Shown: positions 26,430 through 39,617 of the stretch, piece by piece
Numbering within the stretch: the first letter of the stretch is position 1
Layout: each line of letters begins with the position of its first letter
From: Lingula anatina
Lineage: Eukaryota; Animalia; Brachiopoda
Reading direction: 5' to 3'
Assembly (NCBI GenBank): GCA_051362555.1
Contig: CM120641.1
Span: forward strand, 45,514,401-45,578,400
Length of the DNA: 64,000 bases
The notes under the pieces: generated by a model
The model's input: only the letters and a program-made list of their open reading frames with translations
Told to the model about the DNA's origin: nothing
Database searches by the model: none
Program-made: the position numbers and the translations under genes

Positions 26430-27740
26430 ATCCGCAGCTGTTTTTGTGACATTACCGCTCGCCCTCTGAAAAAAAAAGGAACTTCACCTTGTTAATGTAA
26501 AAACAAAATGACTCATATTTAAATCATGCTTTCTTATTTTCCTATAGCCGTTTTTATCGTTATCTAAAGACAACAATCATTTTCTAATTATTTTTTATTT
26601 ATTTAGCATGTCTTTTATTTCACAATATTGCACCTATTTATCTGTCCCGGTTTTCTAACAGACAACTCGGGATGTCGATTCATAAACCTTTTCCACCAAC
26701 CGTGTGACCCTGAAAAGCTCGTGTCCATATTCTTTCCCACCGCCAGGGCAAATTTGCAGACCAAGGCTCCGTAACTCGAAAGCATCGGGAATATGTTGCG
26801 AATAGCGATATCACCTTCTATTTCGAGGCTATTAAATGGGGCGAGTAAATCCCGAGTTATGGAATAGAGACGCTTGCGCTCGGTCGCAAAATGCGATGCT
26901 TTCGAGTTACTGAGCCCAAGTCTTTAGTTAGGGGAAACCCCCAGTCGCTCATGATGAGGCAGTAGTCGACTAGAGCTGCCTGATCATCAGACTGACTGAG
27001 GGCCAACTTCCCAGGTACACCTTCCTTGAGAGCACCTGTGGTATAATGAAGAAAAAAAAGAGAAGAAGAAGAAGAAGAAGAAGAAGATACAAGATAGAGA
27101 CAGATGAAGTAAGAAGTTTTAAGGATAAAAACTTCCAGCAGAAGACGCATACCTACTTTATGATCAATAAGTTTAAGTGTAGCTATTTGGAATTTTTTTA
27201 TTTTCATTGTCATCACAACAAAGATCAAACATGTATCATTTGTATACCTGAAATATGATTTAAATTGGTTGTCTTTAGCAATTCAAATATACGTACCGCT
27301 TCTGAGTCATCCCTTACGGCACTGACGGCAGCATGCAACCTCTCCGGATGGTACAATTTCCTCTTCGGCATGCTGAAATTCATCGTGCATGAACAAGGTC
27401 AGTAACGTATTTTTCTCTCTCTCATAAAGTCCGATAATAAAAAGTCAACATGAAGCGTTATTTTGTGAGAACAAATTTATTTAAAGACACAAGTCGCGTG
27501 AGTCTAATAGCGCACGTACAGTGTAGCGTTCTCTAGCGGTTTCATGCCTATACGTCCCCGCACCAATACTTCCCCGCACCGATACTCCCCCGCAATTACA
27601 GATATACTGAGGGGAGTATCGGTGCGGGGAAGTATCGGTGTGGGGTCGTATCGATGCGCATACATGTAATACAAAAAAATTACTAAGGGGAATTATCGGT
27701 GCTGGGGAGTAACGGTGCGGGGGAGTATCCACATGACCCC
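26010..27740 (-). mobile_element. Degenerate pogo/Tigger-like (CENP-B HTH + DDE_1) DNA transposon, 3'-truncated, with intron-like interruptions
   Basis: Fragments MPKRKLYHPERLHAAVSAV (27371), ALVDYCLIMSDWGFPLT, GWWKRFMNRHPELSVRKP, IYNCDET, GDLLPPMIIFEG, SGYVDSDKYLDWF. Subterminal ccccgcaccgatact repeats in both orientations at 27555-27730. Confidence 0.8.
26765..26916. mobile_element. PIF/Harbinger-type MITE nested in the pogo-like transposase
   Basis: TIRs ggctccgtaactcgaaagcatcg / cgatgctttcgagttactgagcc; 3-bp TSD caa. Removing it restores the frame PLTKDLVCKFAL...GWWKRF. Confidence 0.85.
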
Positions 27741-28834
27741 TCTCTAGCGACAGTTTACAGTGCACAGAAAGCACCCACAGCGTTGCCAAACATTCAAGCC
27801 ATTTTATGAGATCTTGGAATATTTCATCATGTTACTCTTGAAAGTGGATGCTTTGAAAATGATTTCAATTCAACGAGAACAAGAAACACAAACAATTTAA
27901 GAGACTAAACACATTACAATACTTCTATTAGTATAGAATTAGAAAGAGGGACGTGTTTACGTCCACAGCGCTCAATGTATCTACTCGTAACCGATATGAA
28001 AATGTTAGAAATCGAGATTAGACACTGACAGTAACATATGCAGACAAAAGCGGACGGTAAATGACTTAAAAACCTGCTGGAATAAACGTTAGTTCATTAA
28101 TATTGTTATCAAATTTGGGAGCAACGAACTTTCAAACGCTAACACTCATAGAGTGTCTGCATTTCGTGTTTGATACATTTAATCATTGTGGCAGACACTT
28201 GAAACTTAAGTGGAAACAGGGATTGTTTACGCTCTGCATGCTGGGTAAAAAGGGCAAACTTCAGGTTTTGTTCCATAATCCAGGGTCGTTCCGTAATGCA
28301 GGTCGGAGCCTATATAACCAAAAAACCTATATACAAGGGGCAAAAAAGTAGGTCACATAAGTAAGTTAAATTTCTGAGCAAAAGGAGCAGTCTAAAGCTG
28401 TTTTATGGCTGATCGAGTGATATATTCAGTTCAGTTTATCCCTAGGCACGTCGACTTTATTTGAGTATAAGAAAATAGCAGTAGTGGTTTATAAGCCCTG
28501 TGTTACTGGGAATCCACGCTTCACCGATGCTATGTTCATACACTTAGGCCCCTATGTACCTTTAAGATTATGGCTTTTAATGTGCAAATCTTCAGATCAT
28601 TTCACAAAGAATTCGCTTTCTACAGTTACACATGTAGTACGCGAAAAAAAGTACCTGTTTGTGAACAAGCACTTCCTTTCTGACATGCTCCTATTGTCTT
28701 TATCTATATATAGGCTCTCCAGTGCCACGGATCAAAACACATGCATTTAGCTGTCTAGACACACTACGAAAGAAAGAATACCCAACAGAATAACAGTCTT
28801 AACAAGGCACTGTGGGTGTACGGTATTTTAAAAC

Positions 28835-30401
28835 ATGGCCTTTTTACGTGTGGGTTTGGTATTTCTGTTGATGTATGTTGCTCACACTTGTAGTAGCGCT
28901 GGCAAACAGAAGATACTGATCTTTCCTTTTTCAAATGTCTATAAATTTAGAGAAGATAGCTGTCATGTTGAGGGACCACGACTTTCACGTCACCATGTTG
29001 GTCTCTCACCACTATGCACCTAAAAGGAATATAGATGGCGTCAACTTGATCAGGTACAAAATGCCTGAACTACAAATCAATAAGGGAGGAGTATTGGACC
29101 TGAGTAGATCACTTTATTACATCGAGAAAGATGTGATGCCATTTTTTAGGCAAATAGATGAGATGGATTTTGCACTTTGCGAGGTTCTTCTTAGTAGCAA
29201 AGACATTTTGAATAGACTGGAAGAAGAAGAGTTTGATCTGTTTTTCTTTGACTTTGGCAATGTTGGCTCAGGTCCTATTTTGAATGAATATCTTGGCATT
29301 CCTTCCATTGCTTATTCTAATTTTGGATTTATGGAAACTTGGACTATATTCAAACAGCCAACGTTTTTTTCTTATACGCCTGGCATATACAGCTCCTTCT
29401 CCGATAACATGACATTTTGGGAAAGAGTGCAAAATACAGACATGATACTTGACATTGAAAGTTGGGCCAGCGATAGAATAGATCATATTGAAAAAATGAA
29501 GGCCAAGTACCTGCCAAACAACAACTGGCCACATGCTAAGCACTCATTTGAACGAGTGTCTCTAATGATTGCAGCCAACGTTAACTTTGCATTTGACTAT
29601 CCGCGACCCGTCATGCCCCATGTGATACCAATTTCTGGACTTCTTTGGACACCGCCTAAGCCGTTATCAAGTGACTTTGACAATATTGTATCTGCTGCTA
29701 CTAATGGAGTCATTGTTATGAGTTTTGGGACATTTGTGCCGACATTCAATACTGAAAAGGCGGAGATTTTGGCCAAAGTGTTTTCTAAACTCTCGCAAAC
29801 TGTTATCTGGCGTTACCAAGGTGTTCCTCCTAAGTCTCTGGGAAGCAACACACACCTGGTAGAATGGCTGCCACAGAATGATCTTCTTGCCCACCCTAAC
29901 ACCAAACTGTTCATCACTCACTGTGGAGTAAGCAGCACATGGGAGACGCTGTACCATGCAGTTCCCGTGGTTGCAATTCCACTTCTTTGGGATCAACACG
30001 TTCACGCAAGGAAATTGAAGGAGCGCGCGAGAATGGGTGAAATTATAAAGTTTGGCACCCTGAACGCAGAAGAATTAGAAAGCACTATACTCAAGGTCCT
30101 AAGTGATAAATCGTATAAAAAGAACGCGGTTAAGATGTCTAAACTTCTGCAAGACACCCCAATGTCGGGACAGGAGGAACTGTTGTATTGGATTAAGTAT
30201 GTAATAAGACACAATGGAACTCTTCACTTTCACTCTCATGCTGCTTACAATCTGAACTGGTATCAGTATTACCTATTGGATGTTATTGCTTACAAAACTG
30301 CAGCGAGATGTTTGTATTATTTCGTTTACCTTCTTCCAGTAGTAATTCTTTGGAAAGTACTTAAAGTTCTGTTCATTCGTGAAAAACCTAAACACGCCTG
30401 A
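28835..30401 (+). pseudogene. UGT copy C, frameshifted by a 14-nt deletion near the 5' end (residual 488-aa ORF 28935-30401 lacks the signal peptide)
   Basis: tctataa^atttagag versus tctataaCTCGAGGACCATGAatttagag in paralogs; the remainder is an intact UGT closely similar to copy G. Confidence 0.85.
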
Positions 30402-31869
30402 CTTCATTATTGCGCCCTTGAAAAGTAAAAGATTTAGAGGCCAAAACGTCATTTAAAATGATGAACCATTTAGTCTGTACACTGTTAGCTCATTACCTGT
30501 ATCAGAACGAGGCAGTTGAACTTGTTAGTTTCCTTTGAAAGAGCCTGAGCCAATAAAACAAATGAAATAATAAGTAAATAGATTAAAAAATGAAGAAGAA
30601 TAAATATATTGACAATATATAAGAAATTAAACATCGACGGATTTATGTTTTATTCATTTGTCGTGTCAGTTACTTTACAGAATTTATACGTTTCTTAAAA
30701 GGAATCCAACGACGACCAAGGAAATTACTAAAATAACCGAAGACGGGCGCCGTGCGATGAAATTGTCCGTACCATTATTTTTAATAGTAAGGAGCTACGG
30801 GCTACGCCGAATATGTCTACATTACATGGCCTTTAATCCGTACGATGCGCATGTTAATCAAATCTTTAACATGGCAACTTATGATTACCTGGCTCTACGA
30901 TGGTGACATTGGCCTCTAGCCTTGTCTTTATTATTACAACCAATGATCGTCGGAAAAATTTTAAATTATTTAGTTATTTAAATTGGCAATTTAAATTATT
31001 AAAATATGATAATATCTTAACATTCCACCTGGCACACAGTCAACTCAAGTGTCAGCAATATCGACATCAAGCTCTTGTCTTGCTTACATGCCATACTAAT
31101 TTCGGTTTATCTGCAATTTTTAGTTTGTCTACCTGTCTACCTGTACACCTGAGGGAGACCAAATTCACCACGCTTATTAAGAAAAGTATGCACTACAAGT
31201 GTTTTGTTTTTAATTTTTAATTGATCTTCTTTTTTCCATTTTATTTACTTTGAAAGTGAAAATTCCTTAATAGTTTGATGTAATTTCACGTTTTTATGGC
31301 TAAATTAAAAAATAAGTCTTCAAAGAAAAATCCCAGGAACCCTTTTGTAGTACTTTGTTCAAGTGTTATAATACCATTTAAAGCATGGTTATAGCTGCCC
31401 AGGTGCCTTAGAAAATCAGGCAACTGAAAATGATGTTTTTGTCCCCAAACTCCCCACATCTCGTCACACGATGAACTTGGAGCTGTGACGATGAACTGTG
31501 ACGATGGTATTACTGATTATGCGAGGGAACAATCAAACAACTTTCATGTTCCTTCATGGCCTTTATCATCACTTCCTAAATACCCTATCTACAATTTATT
31601 CCTCTCCGTTCAACCTCTTACATCGTTCTTCCCCGTTTACATTACATTCTGCAGTTGAGTACAACGAGGTCATGTCAATCAACTCGAGTTAATCTACAAA
31701 ACACTCCCCGCTCCTTCACTCGTAGCTGTTGATTACTAACATTACTTTTCAAGCATAATTAGATGTTTTAAAGATAATTAAATTAATGTAACAGGAATGA
31801 AAAAGCTAAAAGCTTTATTTTAAGATAAAATCTCCAACCTACTTCTCTCCCTTAAAACAAAACGTGCTC

Positions 31870-32445
31870 TTGGCTCAGGGTCAGTTGGACCCTGTATAAG
31901 TTAAACTTGTTATGGTTTTTCGAAACAACTTCAAACTCTTGAAGGAAACGTTTAGAAACAATATATGTGCCTCATATGGAGTACAAAGCAGACTCTCAAA
32001 ATTAATATTAATTAAAAAATATGAGTAAATGCGTTAAATATGTTTCTGTCCTCCACAAGGATTACTACGTTTTTAAAGAATAGGATGCCAACTTGCCCCA
32101 ATTGAGGCAGTTTGCTCCATCTCGGGAAAAATTGGCCAACCTGACATTGCTGACATTCGGTAGAAGATGGTAAATTTTTGGGAAATAACGAACGACAGCA
32201 TTTGTATTCAAAGCTGATGCAATTATTTAAAGCTGAGACATAAAAGCATATCAGAAATCTTTATTTTAATTAGAAAAGGCTACGAGGGACGTTGTGGCAA
32301 TACTATACCTATAGGTAAATGAAATTTCGAGTAATTTTTATTTTGAAAATGGTATCGTTTCTGCTTCAAGTGGAAAATGTGTATAATCAAGATGTTGCTT
32401 TTGTCCTTCATTGCTTCCTTTTGAGACTCTTGTAATAAAATCCAT
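31870..32445 (-). repeat. Orphan 3' flank of a deleted minus-strand UGT (homologous to 39735-40330 and partly to 21790-21888)
   Basis: Co-linear similarity up to the stop-codon position (gtaataaaatc), then a direct join to the upstream MITE. Confidence 0.8.
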
Positions 32446-32530
32446 CCCAGCAAACACAGCAAGTCATTATAACGTTACCATAACTTTTACATAACCCCCA
32501 AAACGTTATAAACCTTCTGTGTTTGCCGGG
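32446..32530. mobile_element. ~85-bp MITE in the UGT divergent promoter (paralogous copies at ~23816-23898 and ~42266-42321)
   Basis: TIRs cccagcaaacacag / ctgtgtttgccggg; same position in three duplicated units. Confidence 0.7.
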
Positions 32531-32904
32531 AGCCAAATGGACTCCTGTGTGCTTGGGTATGGACGGGAAATAGGTTTGAAATAGGTCCATGTGGATTAAT
32601 AGTCGTTTATAAAACCTAATTAGGTTCCAGTCATTCCCACTTAAGCTTATGGCTTTCAACATGCAAATCTTGATATTATTTCACAAAGAGTTCGCATTCC
32701 AAAGTTAGCGTGAAAAAAAGTATCTGTTTGTGAACAAGCAGTTCCTTTTATGACATGGGCCCCTTATCTTTATCTATACAGGCTCTCCAATACCACGCAT
32801 TAAAACACATGCATGTAGCCGTCTCAGCACACTCCACAAAAGGAAGAATACCCCATCGGAATAACCGTCTATCAAGGTATTGTGGGTGTGCGGTATTTTC
32901 AAAC

Positions 32905-34483
32905 ATGCCCTTTTTTCGTGTAGGTTTGGCATTTCTATTGCTGTTTGTTGGTCACTCTTGTAGTAGCGCTGGCAAACAGAAGATACTGATTTTTCCTTTT
33001 TCAAATATCTATAACTCGAGGACCATGAATTTAGAGAAGATCGCTGTCATGTTGAGGGACCACGACTTTCACGTCACCATGTTGGTCTCTCACCACTATG
33101 CACCTAAAAGGAATATAGATGGCGTCAACTTGATCAGGTACAAAATGCCTGAACTACAAATCAATAAGGGAGGAGAATTAGACCTGAATAGATCACTTCA
33201 TTACATCGAGAAAGATGTAATGCCATTTCTTAGGCAAATAGATGAGATGGATTTTACACTCTGCGAGGTTCTTCTTAGTAGCAATAACCTATTGGACAGG
33301 CTAAGAGACGAAAAGTTTGATCTATTATTCTTCGACTTTGCCAACGTTGGCTCAGGGCCAATTATAAATGAATACCTTGGCATTCCATCCATTTCGTATT
33401 CAAATTGGGGATTTATGGAAACTTGGACTATATTCAAACAACCGACGTTTTATTCTTTTACAGCAGGCGTTTTCAGCCCATTTTCCGATAATATGACATT
33501 TTGGGAAAGAGTGCAAAACACTGATATCCTTCTGGGTATGGAAAATGGGCCAGCGATAGAATAGATCATATTGAAAAAATGAAGGCCAAGTACCTGCCAA
33601 ACAACAACTGGCCACATGCAAAGCACTCATTTGAACGAGTGTCTCTAATGATTGCCGCCAACGTCAACTTTGCATTTGACTACCCGCGACCTGTCATGCC
33701 CCATGTGATACCAATTTCTGGACTTCTTTGGACACCGCCTAAGCCGTTATCAAAAGACTTTGAGAATATTGTATCTGCTGCCACTAATGGAGTTATTGTT
33801 ATGAGTTTTGGCACAGTTGTGCCGACGTTCAGTATTGAAAAGGCAGAGATTTTTGCCAAAGTGTTTTCCAAACTCTCACAGACTGTTATCTGGCGTTACC
33901 AAGGTGTTCCTCCTAAGTCTCTGGGAAGTAACACACACCTGGTAGAATGGCTGCCACAGAATGATCTTCTTGCCCATCCTAACACCAAACTGTTCATCAC
34001 CCACTGTGGAGTAAGCAGCACTTGGGAGACGCTGTACCATGCAGTTCCCGTGGTTGCAATTCCACTTCTTTGGGATCAACATGTCCACGCAAGGAAATTG
34101 AAGGGGCGCGCAAAAATGGGTGAAATTATACACTTTGGCACCCTGAACGAACAAATTTAGAAAGCGCTATTCTCAAGGTCCTAAGTGATAAATCGTATAA
34201 AGAGAACGCGGTTAAGATGTCTAAACTTCTACAAGACACCCCAATGTCGGGACAGGAGGAACTGTTGTATTGGATTAAGTATGTAATACGACACAATGGA
34301 ACTCTTCACTTCCACTCTCATGCTGCCTACAATCTGAACTGGTGTCAGTATTATCTATTGGATGTCATTGCTTACAAAGCTGCGGCGAGATGTTTGCATT
34401 ATTTCGTTTACCTTCTTCCAGTAGTAATTCTTTGGAAAGCACTTAAAGTTCTGTTCATTCGTGAAAAACCTAAACACGCCTGA
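32905..34483 (+). pseudogene. UGT copy D with two 1-nt frameshifts (~33545, ~34150)
   Basis: Split into ORFs 32755-33564, 33579-34160 and 34217-34483; gaaaatgg versus gaaaaatgg in copy B. Sequencing error cannot be excluded. Confidence 0.8.
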
Positions 34484-35207
34484 CTTCATTATTGCGCCCT
34501 TGAAAAGTAAAAGATTTAGAGGCCAAAACGTCATTTAAAATGATGAATCATTTAGTCTGCACATCACTGTTAGCCCATTACCTGTATCAGAACGGGGCAG
34601 TTGAACTTGTTAGTTTCATTTGAGAGAGACTGAGCTAATAAATTATTAACATAATTAGTAAATAGATTGAAAATGAGAAGAATGAAGATGTTGATAATAC
34701 GTTAGCAATTAAACATCGGTGGATTTTCATTTATTCATTTGTCGTGTCAGTTAGTGCACAGAATTTAAACATTTCTTAAAATGAAGCCAACGAAGACCAA
34801 GAAAATTACTAGAATAACCGAAGACATATTAGGGTAACCGTCAAATTTGAAATGTTACATGATACATTCAAGCACCTCTGTCATTGCCATACAATTTGTG
34901 ATATTTTTTAACAAAAGAAGAACGACCAAGATAAAACTTTGACAAAAAAAAAAAAAAAAAAATGATAGAGCAAATTTTTTATCTGTATTCCGCCATTCCA
35001 AGGTGAGCAGCTGGTTGAGAACTGCAAATCAAGTAGACACCTTTCTATTCATTCTGCTATCTTTGCGATGACTCCACATTTTAGTAGGTACAAGTTTGTG
35101 CCCTGGCGGAGTGATAAGTTTATTATAAAGTCATGAAACTATCTACCGATGTCAATAACCATGTGCCCTTTAACGAGGATGACACTTATACGATATGCCA
35201 AGTTGCA

Positions 35208-35486
35208 GAACGCGGTTAAGATGTCTAAACTTCTACAAGACACCCCAATGTCGGGACAGGAAGAACTGTTGTATTGGATTAAGTATGTAATACGACACAA
35301 TGGAACTCTTCACTTCACTCTCAGGCTGCTTACGGTCTGAACTGGTATCAATATTATCTATTGGATGTCATTGCTTACAAAGCTGTAGTGAGTTGTTTGT
35401 ATTATTTCTTTTACCTTCTTCCAGTAGTAATACTTTGGAAAGCACTTAAAGTTCTGTTCATTCGTGAAAAACTTAAAAATGCCTGA
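35208..35486 (+). pseudogene. UGT C-terminal fragment E (frameshifted)
   Basis: NAVKMSKLLQDTP...HNGTLH, then a 1-nt deletion (cacttcactc), TM-coding region and 3' flank. Confidence 0.85.
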
Positions 35487-36329
35487 CTTCATTATTGTAC
35501 CCTTGAAAAGTAAAAGATTCGGAGGCGAGAACATCATTTAAAATGATACAGCATTTAGTCTGTACAACACTGTTTGCTCATTATCTTTATCAGAACGGGG
35601 CAGTTGCACTTGTTAGTTTCCTTGGAGAGAGCCTAAGCCAATAAAATTAATGAAATATTAAGTAAATAGAATGAAAATGAAGAAGATAAAGATGTTGACA
35701 ATATATAAGAAATTTAACATCGACGGATTTATGTTTTATTCATTTGTCGTGTCAGTTACTATTCAGAATTTAAACCTCTCTTAAAATTTATCCAACGAAG
35801 ACCAAGGAGATTGCTAAAATAACTGAAGACATTTGAGGGCAACCTTGAAAGATAACGTCATATATGTAATGTTGTACATGTAATATGGCACCTCTGTCAT
35901 TGCCATATTATTTTTGATATTTTTATCAAAAGTAGAATCGTCATGATTTAACCTTGATAAAAAAAATTGATATCTTAAAAATCAGGAGCGTGAGCAGACC
36001 TTTAATCTGCATTCCGTCATTTTAAGGAAAACGGCAAATAAAGTCGATACCTTTTCCATTTACTCTGTTATCTATGCGAATACTCCACATTTCAGTAGGT
36101 GCTTGTGCCCTGGCGGGGTGATAAGTTTACTATAAAAGTCTAGATTACATTTACACGGGCGACGTGTGATGAAATTGTCCGTGCCATTTTTTTTAATCGT
36201 AAGGAGCTACTGGCTACGCCGAGTATGTCTACATTATGTGGCCTTAAATCCGATTTCGCACGGCCACTGTCTCCCTCCGCTCAGACGCCGCAAAAAAGGG
36301 TATTACGGGCAGTATAAAGGCCTACCCAA

Positions 36330-36615
36330 CTACCAGACCCGGCACCGAATGATCCTGAATTCCCCGATATAACGGACCACACTATCCGTTTTCAAGGTGT
36401 GTGTCAGTACACGCTTCGAAGCATTAGTCACGACACCGCTCTTGCCTAGTACGCGATGTGATAGAGATGATTCTCAGCGGGGTTTGAATGTAGTGCATCT
36501 CATCTCAAAATTTGTTCTGGGGTATGATACTGTGAAATGCGTACTGACACACACCTTGAAACGGATAGTGTGGTCCGGGATCATTTGGGATCATTCGGTG
36601 CCGAGTCGGGTATAC
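36330..36615. mobile_element. Foldback MITE
   Basis: cggcaccgaatgatcc...ggaccacactatccgttttcaaggtgtgtgtcagtac is mirrored by gtactgacacacaccttgaaacggatagtgtggtcc...ggatcattcggtgccg. Confidence 0.65.
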
Positions 36616-36790
36616 GTGCACCATACTATACGGGCATCGCATATCAAATGTAATCTAGGGTAAAGTCATGAAACTATCTGCCGATGTCAAGAACCATGTG
36701 CCCTTTTAAGAGGAGGGCACTTATACGATACGCCAAGTTGCAGGCACGCGGAGAGCCTTGGTTAGTCTAGGTGTGTGGGGCAGTGTGTAT

Positions 36791-36816
36791 GCGCGTGCGC
36801 GCGCGCGCGCGCGCGC
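36791..36816. repeat. (GC)n dinucleotide tract
   Basis: gcgcgtgcgcgcgcgcgcgcgcgcgc. Confidence 0.9.
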
Positions 36817-37352
36817 GTGTGCCTTTGCTCCGCAATTGCAATTATTTTAGTGAACATTACTCCGTTAAAATAATTATCTGTTCTCCTGAAGAGTGATTTT
36901 CATTCAGTGAAACTCAGTGAAAGCCGAGCTTTAACATAGGTGAAAAACTATAACGACTGTTTAGGGTAATCATCTGTATACATTTAAAGAAACTTTACTG
37001 TTTTTCTTTTTATTTTTACGAGTTTTTCCTAATCTTATCTGTGATTTACTTATTTTGAGATCCCAATTGCAAGTTGTTTGTTAACGCTCACGAAACTTCA
37101 ACATCAAATTAATTCACGGCAACACCTCATGGAGCACCAGGGCAAGGAGTAGCATTACAGAAAAGTGATTATATAACTAAATATTTATGTGAAATGTGAA
37201 ATGTAAAATTCCGCTGCTTTTTACCTGTGAAAGCAACCGTCATACTATCGATCAATCTTCGACAACAGCTCTATGCAGTCGTCAGATGTATAGGTCTATG
37301 CAACTTGGGCCATCTGGCCTAGCATCGTGGCGCATGGTAATCAAATCTTTAA

Positions 37353-37691
37353 AGGGATAATAACTCTTCGTTTTGGCCAAAAAAATTAATTTTCCTGGAG
37401 TAAACAACAATTTTCCCATACATACTAATTGTTAATGAATCCATTTTTACATTCAAAGTTAGTCCCTGGTTTTTTTTCTAAAAAGTTTGTTTTTTTGTTA
37501 AAAACTCTTAAGAGATTATAACAGAGTATAGCCATCAATGAAGGTCACGTGATCTGAAGACAAGCTCAGATATCAGAATAATAGCTATAACTGCTGTTTT
37601 CGTCGTAAAACAGAATATATTATATTTCTATGAGTTATTCACAATGTTTTTATTGTGAAATGTAGATTTCATACGAAGAGTTATTATCCCT
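37353..37691. mobile_element. Kolobok-type MITE
   Basis: 19-bp perfect TIR agggataataactcttcgt, AG..CT ends, TTAA TSD. Empty paralogous site caaatctttaacatggc at ~30860. Confidence 0.85.
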
Positions 37692-38946
37692 TTAACATGG
37701 CAACTTATGATTACCTAGCTCTACGATGGTGACATTGGCCTCTAGCCCTGTCTTTTCTGCTTGCCAATGATCGTCGGAAATTTTGCTATGATAATATCTT
37801 AACATTCCATCTGACATGCAGTCAACTCCAAGTGTCTGGAATATCGACATCAAGCTCTAGTCTTGCGTACATGCCATACTAATTTCGGCTTATATGCAAT
37901 TATTAGTTTGTGCATCATTAACAGTAAAATGTCCTGCTTACGTTACGGTCTATCTGGAATTATCAGGTTAGGTATCATTAAAAATTAACGACCTGATAAT
38001 ATCGTCCAGTTTCAACTGACGTCCAGTCCACTCAAGTGTGTTATATAAATAGCAGCACGCGCGATTACAATTCATTAGTTTTAACGTTGGTATAAGCATA
38101 ACACGCTGTCGATATGGGTAAAAGAAAGAGAAAAGTAAAAACTGAATTTCCACAATAACGCAAGAGAATTTTAAGTGAAAGTCAAAGATGTGGATGGGGA
38201 AGGCCAAAGTACCGAAAGGTGCAAGCGCTAGGCAACGGAAGGAAGCAGACGTCGTTTACGAGGGCGACGAAGAAGAAGTTGTCACACCTGAGCCGGAGGG
38301 ATGTCGAATTAAGCACTGCAGTTAGCTGCAACAAAGCGCCAGTGCGACCTGTGCTTGCTGCATTTGTGGGGGTGAGGTATGGCTGAACAGAATCCTGACA
38401 GAGAATCCACAGAATGCTGGTATACCGTGAGGAACAATTCTGGATGCATGTATGCACTTTTGAGGCCGACATGTTGTCTTTTTTAGATTAGATTAGCGTT
38501 GATTTCCGATTCAGGTTCCTACTGGATCCTCTTTTTTCTTCAATAATTATCCCAGAATTTTTTCTGACTCACCCAACTTTAGACATTTCACCTAACAAGC
38601 CCTTCCTGGTTGCACCTATTTCTTGTTTCTGATGGTTAGATCGGCGTCCTGTAACACGACCATGTTTTCGAACCATATTTCTCTCGGCAACTGTAGACAA
38701 GACGGCCTGCGATGACGCTAAATAGCATCCTAGAGCGCTTCCCTGACACTTGGTCCGGCGTCCATTGAGTCATTAGGGCTTACTTGATTGCCTGTCAACT
38801 ATTCTGGCAATATATGCTACCGGTAACTCCTTGAAGTTACTAACAGGTGGTGAGATTGATACAAATATAAGATTTCTGACATCCAAATGCATGCAAACGA
38901 GCTCATTTCAATGGGCAATAGAGGACCCATCTTTGCGATCGTCAGT

Positions 38947-39617
38947 CACCCTGAGCTTCAGAGATAACTTGACACTAACCTCTTCACTATAGCCTATCTT
39001 CATCGTGTCAAGTTACCTCTGACCACATCTAATAGCCCCCGCCGCCCGCCAATCAAATTTAAAGCCCGCACTCAATGACTCATTGAACGATCTAGCCAAT
39101 GAACGCGAACGAGTCAAAGCGCGCTTTGTTCAAATCCGGACCAATCAAAGATCAAAGGCTGAATATCAGGGACTTGCCGTAACCTGTGGGCAGCACGCAA
39201 AATACATCATCCCTCAGTAGATAATGATGCAGGGCCTCAAACTGATCTGGTTTCAATTCCGATATACTCATATTTTGCAAAGAATCAAGAGATAACTTAA
39301 CACATTAATTTACGTAGTCACTCGTAGGAGACGCCATGCTTTCTTTGTGTACGGTTATGCACTCGGAACTACTCGGATGTCTCCGCACTCGACAATAACT
39401 TTGTTGTTAGTATGGAGCTTGCGGAATCAGCCGAGGACTGCCGATTGACGGTCAACCAATCAGCGTTTTCACCAAACTTTGGTGAAAAATTTTGAAACAT
39501 GGATTCGATTGGCTTATATAAACTAGGTCAAACTATTTTCGTCAGAGGTAACTTGACACGATGAAGATAGGCTATAGTGAAGAGGTTAGTGGCAAGTTAT
39601 CTCTGAAGCTCAGGGTG
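38947..39617. mobile_element. Non-autonomous DNA transposon (P/hAT-type), ~77-bp TIRs
   Basis: caccctgagcttcagagataacttg...gac / gtc...ctctgaagctcagggtg; CA..TG ends; 8-bp TSD tcgtcagt. Confidence 0.88.

Noticed and set aside
26180-27258. Poly-F, poly-K and poly-R/S ORFs
   Set aside because: Translations of an A48 homopolymer and an (AGA)n microsatellite.
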